Shown: piece by piece, positions 1 to 9,573 of the stretch
Layout: each line of letters opens with the position of its first letter
How positions within the stretch are numbered: position 1 is the first letter of the stretch
Origin: Toensbergia leucococca
Taxonomy: Eukaryota
Direction: 5' to 3'
Length of the DNA stretch: 23,301 bases
Assembly (NCBI GenBank): GCA_022813965.1
Contig: JALDZS010000007.1
Span: 248,001-271,301, forward strand
Notes under the pieces: model-generated
The model's input: only the letters and a program-made list of their open reading frames with translations
Database searches by the model: none
Told to the model about the DNA's origin: nothing
Program-made: the position numbers and the translations under genes

Positions 1-1059
1 TCACTAATACGACAGGACACCCAACGACTAAGGTATCTGATAGTCTCCTCTGCACCTCAAGTTTGGACTCATCGATTACTTTTTGAAGACGATATAAGCC
101 TGTTCTCTTCACTGGAAATTTGAATCGTTGCGAACCAGAAGTATCAACCTTTCCGACATTTTTTTCAGTCTGTCTCTTTAGCTTGCTGATTTCCTTTTTA
201 GTGATCGTGATAGTTTCATTCGTGTTAGTCTCTAAATCAATTCGAAGTAATTCTATCAATATCGGATTGGTTTGATTGACACGAATAGGGAGGCCGATAG
301 ACGTCCTGGAGTCACCGATGCAGAAAGAGCTCTGATCAGGGTTGAGCTCGGCAGAGCTATTCACTATTAGTGAATGACGCAAGACTACTGGCTGTTCAGA
401 AGAGAATAAGCTACCCTTCAGGTAATATGTGTATAATCTGTTTCCCGAGTATTAAGGAAGAATTGTGGAGAATAGACGCCGGTTTCACACGCCTCTCGGA
501 GACGGAAAGCTCTCGGTCGTACATGGTTTTGGTTAGGGCTATGAGCCAGGATTCTAGAGGGATCTTTTACTATCAGCAAGCGCCCAAGACGATGAATTGA
601 TGGCTAAGAGCTTACAGGAATGCGAAACATCAACAGGGCGTTCATGAAAGCATGTAATATGAACAGCGCTGTCATGGTCGAAGAGGACCATTCAAGCCAA
701 GGGATCTTAAGTCCAGGTAATCCGTAGAGGAAAATGCTGTCGATAGCGACCCATTTCATGAACAGCCACAATGAGTCGGTTTCATCAGTGACCAAACTAA
801 GGTAGTCGCAAAGCCGCCAGACGGTCAAACCTATGTAGAAAAAAGAGACGTACAGTCTCTGAGAGGGGGCATCCACAACAGTAAACGGAATTATAGGTGC
901 AGGAGCATCATCGCTTGCCTTTGACAATGCCGGCGCGTTTGGTAAAGGCGAGATGCCAACTCGTCTCCCTGAAGCTGAAGCATTTGGGGTTGGTGCATCT
1001 TGACCAGTCCGAGGGGTTGAGGGCCAAGCTCCCGCAGAGCGAAGCCTGGGGGTATTCAT
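1..1059 (-). CDS. POM152: Nuclear pore membrane protein Pom152, 5' part (continues beyond the window start). Exons 1059-616, 563-415, 356-<1
   Basis: Spliced translation [16 protein letters not shown]...[15 protein letters not shown]...[29 protein letters not shown]...FRIP|IPLESW...[42 protein letters not shown]...FCIG...[19 protein letters not shown]...[16 protein letters not shown] matches fungal Pom152 N-terminal/TM motifs. Two GT-AG introns with branch sites keep the frame. Confidence 0.92.
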
Positions 1060-1458
1060 AGCATAGTCGAGGATACAAGGTCGGAAGCTGGCTGTACGCT
1101 GTGTGTGTGTGGGACAAGTGGGAGTAAATAAAACGAAGAAGTTCGCGTTTAAACGGTGGCTCGCTACGCGCGCTTCAACGATATTCAATTCTAGAATAGA
1201 CGAATTAAATACTTTTTAATTCTATCGTCTACTTTGCCCACCTTAAGCCTACCTTTAGATTCCTCACCTCCCGCCCGCCTGCGATTCTCCATTGCTTTTT
1301 GCATTCGCCGTGCGATACACGCTCTTGCATGTATCCAATCTTGCCACGCTCCGCATAACAACCTGTGACGCATAGTTTTAGTGCTATGGATCTGCACCTC
1401 CATTCATCAGATCGCAACCTCACCCTCAAGCCTCCATTACCATCTACCAGCTAGAGTA

Positions 1459-3099
1459 ATGGCTACGCGTTCGAAGAGAAAGCGTAGAGATGCTTCCACC
1501 GATAATGCAACGCCTGCTGTGCGCCCCAAAGCTTTCCATCGCCACACTTACGATCCGGCTTCAGATGAGGACAAGCGCAAATGGAAAGGCTTTGCCGAAA
1601 TCGAATCAGAGCCAGTACGTGCCCTTCTAATTCTCAGCATACGCTCTCCGGGTGTAGCACTAATTACATCAAGGCCTTTTTCACTGATATGCTTAAGAAA
1701 TTCGGTGTGAAAGAAGTCAAAGTACAAGAGGTTGTATCTCTAGATGATGAGTTATTAGCATATCTTCCGTGAGCAAATTATGCCACCCGACATTAGATGC
1801 AAGGCCTTCGCCGACTGATGCCAAAGTCCAGGCGACCTGTCTATGGACTCATCTTTTTGTTCAAATGGAAGGAAGAAGACTCAGACAAAATGGAGCAAAG
1901 CTGCCCTGACGGTGTCTGGTTTGCTAATCAGGTTGGTGGCCTCTAGATTATTCGCCGAAAGAATCGTCGTACTGATCGTATCATAGACAGTCAACAATGC
2001 CTGTGCAAGCGTTGCAATGCTCAACATTGTCAACAATATTCCGGGCATCGAACTTGGGGACAACTTGCAGCAATTCAAAGATTTTACTGCGAGCTTCAGT
2101 CCCGCACTACGAGGTGATGCAATTGCCAATTTCAATTTCATCAAGCAAATTCACAACTCCTTTGCGAGGTACGTCTGCTATGTGTGCTTCATGTGTTAGT
2201 AATATTTTGCTAGGGCTCTTCTGCTCCCACGTGGTAAAACAAATTTCAGATGCTTGCAAATCCTTCGAGAGGAACCAATCAATACTAACCCCTTCACAGA
2301 AAGATGGATATGCTTAATGCAGATCTTCAGATGAAAAACGACGCTACCACCAGGAAAAAAGGCAAAGCCGCCGAAAACGACGATGACTCTACTGCCGGCT
2401 TCCACTTTATTGCCTTCGTCCCTATCAGTGGGAAGGTCTGGAAGCTAGATGGGCTTGAGCGTCAGCCAGAGGACTTGGGTGGGTGATTCATTTTTTGAGT
2501 CCTCCTCATCAACAATGACTAACCCTCCTTTCATAGGACCTATTGCAAGCGAGGATTGGGTTGATCAAGCAAAGCCGGTAATTGAAGCCCGTATGGCAGA
2601 GTACGAAGATGGGCAGATTGAATTCGCCATATTAAGTCTCGTCAAAGACCCTTCGTCAATGCTAGTTGCCCGCCTCGCGGAGAACTTGAAGATTCTGACT
2701 GCGGTATCGACGCGATTAGATGATATCAATCCGGCATGGAAGGATTTTATTATTCCTGTGACGGACGATGAGTTCCATTCAAGTAACGGAATTGAGATTG
2801 GACTCGATTCAGAACACCAATTGAACCAGGACAACATCGACAGAGCCATGATACCTCTGGAAACCGAAGAAAGGCTTCGGAGTAATAACACTTCGGATAT
2901 TCTAGCACTTCGACAGGAGTTAATCACTGCTCAGGCAGGCCTGCGAGCGTCTTTTAGAGAAGAGCAGCTTTGTCTCCGGTCCGAGGCCGAGCAAGCTGCA
3001 AGCAGGCGGCACGACTATGGGTACATGATGGAGAATTGCTCACGCACTCTGAAACACAAGCACATACTGGACCCTTGGCTTGAAGAGCAGAAAAGTTGA
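1459..3099 (+). CDS. Ubiquitin C-terminal hydrolase, peptidase C12 (UCH37/UCHL5-BAP1 group). Exons ~1459-1614, 1674-1768, 1832-1931, 1987-2168, 2300-2478, 2537-3099
   Basis: EIESEP|AFF, PVYGLIFLFKW, WFANQ|TVNNACAS (oxyanion Q, catalytic C), IHNSFAR, GFHFIAFVP (catalytic H), WKLDGL (catalytic D), C-terminal RRHDY. Five GT-AG introns join in frame. Confidence 0.92.
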
Positions 3100-3550
3100 C
3101 GAGTTATGTCGAGGGATGACATGCAATCTTTGTTGCGATCAAGCTTTCTGTTGTCAAATACTAATAAGATGCGTTTTAAAGCGATGGTGAGCTCTACCTT
3201 CTATAATCCATAGTAGGAGTTTTTCGAGGCTCAATAGAATAAAAGAAATTGTCTGATGAATGACTGTAATTCATGACTACCTAGCTAGAGAGCCTGTAGT
3301 CTGTGCGCCTTTTGCAGGGTAAAGTAAGTGGGATTTTGACATCTAACATACTGTAGGCTCGTTGATATCCAACCGAGATGTAGGCAATCCATTGGTGAGA
3401 AGCTTTTTCTGAATATTGACTCGTTTCCAACAGGACATGAGCAAATGACCTTTTGACATGCCTGAAAACTGCTCTCTCACTTCCGCTATTCGTTGTGCTT
3501 GAGAGCGTAATGTTACCCTCCGAACATTGCTACTAATATTATTCGCAGCG

Positions 3551-4700
3551 ATGGAAAAGCGTGCAGACTCCTCTACACAGCTCGAGGTAGATACTGATAT
3601 CTTGGATTATCTTCTCTACACTGCCATCAAAGCTGTATTGGAAGATCGCCGAAAATTCCGAAAGCGCCATGGGCCATCGGAAGAGCAACGTAGAGCAGAT
3701 TTACCTCTGCAGATGGTCGATTGTGCGCCCTCCTGACCCCGAACAAGATGCAGATAACTCACTCACGATGCAGCCTACCTCGTAATTTTTCACTCCCTTC
3801 ATCCCAATCAGCGTGTCTCTGCATCAATTGAATTCCGTCTACGTCTTCTGAAGTTCGCTTCGTTGTTTACCATGCGCTTTGTTCCATGTCAGGCCGGCGT
3901 GTCTCTCCCAACCTTGCAAGAGATGAGACGCAAGCATGAAGAGCGGGCAAAGCTTTTCTTATCACACCAAAAAACTACAGAGAATCCGGATCTGGCTGCA
4001 CTGGCCACTTCTCTTCCGCTGCCAGCGGTAACCCTTCAATTCCACCGTCAGCACATTCTTGCTAGCCTTTTCTCTACTCAAATTCCACGAAATGATTACG
4101 GATCACCACATTCCTTGTCTTTGCTCGATACCCTGCCTGAATTCATTGCTCTATCCGCAGCTCAGAACGCTTTGCAAGAATCTACCATCACCGATGTGTG
4201 GATGAAACTCGCGGCTCGCTACATGGCACAGGCTGTTTTGGAGCAATATTTGATCTTCGGAGCCCAAGGTCCCACAGCATTGCAGGAGGCCTTTGCATGG
4301 GGCCTCGACAGCAACTCGGATACAAAGACGGGCAGTGATGAGTGGAAGATTAACGCCATGTTCTGGGGTGGGGAGGATGAGGAGCTGTCCGGATGGAACG
4401 AGATCAGGGATGAACACAAAAATGCAGTAGGTGTGAGAGTGCACAAGTAACACAATGCACTAAGCTAACTTAACCGCTCAGTTCGTTCCATCTCCAGGAA
4501 CGTCACTCCAGACTTGTCTTGAGGCATTGGAGTCTAATGAGCTGTCGCTTGTAACGTTCGAGGACTGCCTGCTCGATTTCCTGGAGGGGTTGCTTCAGGG
4601 TCAGTCGAAGCCGGCCATTGCGCAACTGGAAGCGGGAAAGGTTGACGGTATCTCGAGGAAAGACACAAGAGCGCTGAAAGACACAGTAGGCTTCAGATAA
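3551..4700 (+). CDS. Uncharacterised protein (~350 aa). Exons 3551-3722, 3774-4426, 4482-4700
   Basis: Three open segments join in frame across GTGCGC..CTCAC..CAG and GTAGGT..CTAAC..CAG introns: MEKRADSS...ILDYLLYTAI...QMVD|SYLVIFHSLHP...EFRLRLLKF...LLDTLPEFIALSA...WMKLAARYMAQAVLEQYL...EAFAWG...NA|FVPSPG...LAQ-like IAQLEAGKVDGIS...VGFR*. No function recognised. Confidence 0.8.
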
Positions 4701-4924
4701 GTGTCTCATACACTGTGATTAGAAATTCGGGAAGATTTCAGGATGAGACGTGGTTCTTCGCCCCCACAATTCAAACGGGGTGGAATTCTACCAATGTCAC
4801 ATTGTGTATGGAGAGAAGGCGACATGGAACAGCTTCGTACCCACAAGCTCAAACCATAGTAGCTGTCGACAACGCCGTAGCTGGGAGCCGACCATAAAAT
4901 TTCATACAAGTAGGTGTGTCGGTG

Positions 4925-6861
4925 CTAACCGTCAGGATACTCATCCTCGATGTTGCTAATAAAGACCCGACTCGACTTATCCCACCGCTTGAAGTATCGA
5001 CCTGCCAAAGTTGTCAGATTGCAAGAGACCTCGATCTCTGCTAAGTCGATGTTTTCCTGTGCAACGTATCGTGTACTCTTATCTTCGACACTATAGACGT
5101 AGACTTAGTAAGAGCAATAAAAGGAGATGTCACAACACCACCAACGTACAGCACGTGATAAAAGCTCTGATGACGGCCACCTGTCAACTGATGCACCCCC
5201 ATCTGCGCCATCCAGCGCTCTGTTTCCTTGCACTCCACATCCCACCCAATGATCACCGCCTGATAGTGGTAACGCTTGTGTTGGAACACTTGGCCGACCT
5301 TATAACGAACACTTTTGGATATTTTCTCTGTACGCTCTCGGACCTGCTTAGGCATGGTGTCTTCTACGCGTGTCAATCTCAAAGTGTCATGTAGCTGTCT
5401 ATGTTCGCGGAGATCGTAGAAGAGTGGAAGAATATGCTCTTCAATAAGCCACGTATCCATGCTGAACTGTTTCTCCAAGCAATCCATGATATGTGGCAGG
5501 TATCGATTCCGTTGCCCATGAAAGGCAAGTGATTCAGCCTCGGGTAGCAACAAAAGTGCCCATAATGCACCATAAAAAGCACTCTCCATTTCGGGGAATA
5601 TTCGTGGCACCATCTCGTGATTAAGTGCATTGAGGTTATGCACGGGTGTCCTTATTGAGGTAAGAATGTTTAGCCCGGTTCGATGAATAATGTCGACTGT
5701 TGGCGAGGCATCGAGCAGCGTTGCGTAAGTAGTCGAGGAGACGCCCAATTGACTAAGCTGGGCACGGAGAGCTTGAATTGGAATTTCTTGGTCCGATCGA
5801 AATGGATCCATGTACATCGGATTTTCTACCGATTCCGAGTCCCAAGCTCTTCCGTCCAGGGTAAGATCTTCCGCATGCTTAATGATTGCATATACGTGAA
5901 AAGGGAATCCGCACGGCTGAGCATCTAGACCAAGTCTTTTTGCCACACTGCAATATATTACCACGGATACAAGTGGTAGTGATGGATGGTCTTCATCCTG
6001 GAGTGCTACTCCCATGAAGTTGTTTTGCAAGTCATGATAGCGTCTATCGCTTTGGAGTCCTGTCAAATTATTCCTTCTCATGTACGCAGCAACTATCAAC
6101 GCCCTCTGACGTGGACTTTGATTGGAGAGCTCAGGATGCTCTAAGCGAATCTGCTCTGCTATGCCATCAAGTAAGGTAGATATCTATCATCCGGTAAGCT
6201 GTGGGTGGCGACAAGTAATCCTTGAAGCTCACACATACATCATCAAAATCTCCATCTCTATCATGCAGGACAAACATATCATAGGCGGCTAGAGCTCTCT
6301 CTAGAGATGTTGAACGTGCATCCATGAGTTTTAGCCATTCCTTTACAGCCATAGATCGGTGTAAACATCCCAGTGCAGCAGCACTGTAGTACCTACAGTT
6401 ATAGTATCAGCACCCCCTTTGCCATTGCCACAATCCTTTGCGAGTTACCGTCTAGCTAAAACATCTTCGGCTTCTTCGCCAATATTCAAATGTCGCAACA
6501 AAGTGTCCTTTGCATCGTAGCCGAAACAAGCAATCCTCTGGATTTTCTCATTACGACCTAGTTGGCTCGAGAGTATGCTGTCGAGTTCGCGACTGACGGC
6601 ACGGTCAATATTATGTCGCTTCGTGAAAATGAGTTTCCAATCGACCTTGGAGGCATTATCGCTGAGTTTTTCCCGCATGCAGTGTTCTTCGCTCCAATGC
6701 TTGAATTGCGTACGGCAATGATATTTCCATAGTAAAGGCTGAGCGAGATCGTTGAATCTTTGAGAGACTTGTTGCAATGCAGGTACACAGTCAGGAGGAA
6801 GGTAAAAAAGAATATGCAGAATGACTTCGTTAGGAAGATGGGTGAGTGATACTTGCATCAT
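4925..6861 (-). CDS. F-box protein with transglutaminase-like (SirB1/YchA-type) and C-terminal YccV/HspQ-like domains (FBXO21-like). Exons 6861-6449, 6392-6239, 6183-5150, 5090-4925
   Basis: F-box LTHLPNEVILHILFYL...LQQVSQRF; SLPLVSVVIYCSVAKRLGL...CGFPFHV...YMDPF; YccV-like YKVGQVFQHKRYHYQAVIIGWD...QSFYHVL|VEDKSTRYVAQENI...AGRYFKRWD...FISNIEDEYPDG*. Confidence 0.9.
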
Positions 6862-7188
6862 CCTTGAATCTAGCAATGACGAAGGAGATGAATTTGTTGT
6901 TGCTTCTTCCGCAGGACACGGAGAACGGATATTTAATGTGGTGCGGCAAACCTCGTAGGGCTGCCTTGCCCGCCTTCCGTACCACGTGCACGCGTACCTA
7001 GGCACGCTAGGTAGGCACGCTAGGCTCCTAGACACTCGTAGAAACCATAATTTGCCTAGCGTGTCATCATATCTTTCAAGTACCTACAAAATCGAAACAC
7101 TAAAAGTCCTTGGGCTCATGGATGTCTATGTTGAGGCATCGTCTCATAAGCGTTTTTGAGACCGGGAGGATGATTTAAGAGCTCTAGG

Positions 7189-8993
7189 ATGGGTGCAAAT
7201 CAATCCTCCAGCGCTAACGGTGGAAACAGCGGAATGAAAGACAGCAGCGAGGTGAAGACTTGTTATTATGACCTTCTCGGGGTTGAGCGGCAAGTGTCAG
7301 ATGATGAGTGGGTGCAACCTCAACTCGGTCATTTTCTACTAGCCTGATAATTAGAAAAGGATCAAGAAGGCGTACCGCAAAAAAGCTTTGGAGCTACATC
7401 CAGATCGCAACTACGGAAACGTCGAGGAAACTACAAAACTTTTTGCTGAGGTCCAGTCAGCGTACGCAGTGCTTTCCGATCCTCAAGAGAGAGCATGGTA
7501 TGATTCTCACAGGGATACTATCCTGAGTGATGGCAACCGAGACTTTGGAGAACACTTTGAGCACAATGTACGAATTACAACAGCGGAAGATATATTAAGA
7601 CTATTCGCTCGGTTCAATGGACGGATGGACTTCTCAGACTCACCCTCGAGCTTCTATGGCGTCCTCCGAGATACCTTCGATAATCTTGCAAGCGAGGAGA
7701 AAACGGCGTGCGAGTGGGAGGACGTAGACCCAATAATGTACCCTTCGTTCGGAAGAGCCAATGATAGCTATGAGGATGTGGTCAGGCCCTTTTACGCTGA
7801 TTGGAATGGATTTGCAACAAGGAAGACCTTTTCCTGGAAGGATGCCTATCGACAGGCCGAAGCACCCGATCGACGAGTAAGACGCATGATGGAGCAAGAG
7901 AACAAGCGCCTCCGCGATGAAGGTATTCGTACATTTAACGACGCCGTGAGATCGCTAGTAGCTTTTGTCAAAAAAAGGGACCCCAGATTTGTGCAAAATG
8001 CTCAGAGTGAAGAAGACCGCCAGAGAACCCTAAGAGATGCAGCTACAGCCCAGGCAGCTCGATCGCGAGCTGCCAACCAAGCAAGACTGAATGAGCATGT
8101 TGTTCTGGAGTGGATGAAGTCCAGGGAGCCGGATGAGGAAGTGAACAGCGACGAGGAAGAAGAGCCGGAGCAGCGGTTTGAGTGTGTGGTCTGCAACAAG
8201 ATCTTCAAAAGCGAGAAACAATACGATATGCACGAGAAGAGTAAGAAGCACGTGAAGGCTTTCCAGCTACTGGGTAGGAAGATGCGAATTGAGGATAAAA
8301 TGCTTAGAATGGACAAGAACCACAGTAGTGGCGTTTCTTCTCCAGCGACGGCGGGTAGTCTAATTTCATCTACTCACAATGATGCCACCAAGATCAAGGT
8401 AGGTGAAAGCAATTGCAGAGATCCCTCCAGCTTGGATGTTGATGCCAGCTTGGATACACTCGCGGAGGATCGCGAAGCTTCTTTAATAGATCATGTCAAA
8501 GAGCCAATGCTGGAGCCTGCGATTTTCTCGAAGCTTACAAGCAATGAGTCGCTGCTGTCATCATCATCAGGAGATGAACGTGCCGAAAAGCCGAACTCTG
8601 AAAAGCTTATCCTCATTCAGGGGACGGCAGAAGTCCATATCCCACAGAGCAACCTTCCACACGCCAAAGTCGGCAAACTCTCTCAAGTGTTTGATGCAGG
8701 ATCTATAGCTTTAGAAAGTGACAGCTCTCCTCAACCAACATCCGGGAAGGCAAAGGAAAAGAGAGCGGAGAAGGCCGCTCAGAAAGCAGCGGCTTCAGCA
8801 AGGTCAGAGCCCGAAGTAAGTAAAGAAATGCGTGTGCGCCGTTCACAAGTGATCTTACAGTAGAACATAGTTCAAATGCACTGCTTGTGAAGCCGGGTTT
8901 CTTTCCAAGTCTAGGCTTTTCAATCATATTAAAGACTTCGACCATGCGCAGCCTGTACCCAAGGTGGTAAGAACCGGAAAACCAAGAAAGTAA
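7189..8993 (+). CDS. JJJ1: J-domain co-chaperone with two C2H2 zinc fingers (Jjj1/DNAJC21, 60S ribosome maturation). Exons 7189-7307, 7360-8815, 8871-8993
   Basis: CYYDLLGV...[18 protein letters not shown] (HPD motif), [34 protein letters not shown]...FVKKRDPR, Zn[24 protein letters not shown] and, in the last exon, [23 protein letters not shown]. Confidence 0.92.
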
Positions 8994-9573
8994 TGGCAAT
9001 TTCTAATGAACTCAAAACGATCTTAATTGTTAAGTCTCGATGAAGACGCGTTTACACAACAGATTCAGAATAGTATAGAGATGGTTTTATACTTAACCTT
9101 GCCGGTACGAGAACATAGTGGAAAACAGTGTAGTGTACCTACGGTGCTCGGTCTTTCGCAGCGATCGAAACAGCATTAACTAGGGAATTTGGATCTTTCG
9201 AAAGCGTTTGCTAACTGTCGATCTTTTGCAACTGATCCCCGCTCAGAGGAACTTCTCCAACGCTAGCGGGCAGGCACTCAGTCTGCACTGAATGATCCGT
9301 GGGTTTTGGATAATCCTGGTTTGGGTCGTTGTTCCTGTATGCACCAACATAAACATTAGTTACCTAATAAGAATATGACCATCTGGGGGTAAATAGACTA
9401 TTCGTAAGCTGCGTTTCTTTGTCATGTAGTATATTGTTTTCGTTTCTAACACTGTCGACACAGTAGCTAAAATTCTGCATTCGCTTGGAATAACGCAAGC
9501 AAGATCATTTCAATGAGACGTCTGTTCCGTCTATCGCCTGCTAACAGAACATATCACCTGCATGGCCCATTCT

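Noticed and set aside
604..1188. ORF-track N-terminal extension of POM152 (1188-1060)
   Set aside because: Starts at a non-ATG codon; family-like sequence begins at ATG 1059.
2169..2299. Longer introns (UCH intron 4; also H2A and H2B first introns) as snoRNA hosts or stwintrons
   Set aside because: No convincing C/D or H/ACA box arrangement, and internal AGs do not regenerate a donor site.
6862..7035. Upstream extension of the F-box ORF
   Set aside because: Non-ATG start, overlaps the promoter repeat; the F-box lies directly after ATG 6861/6858.
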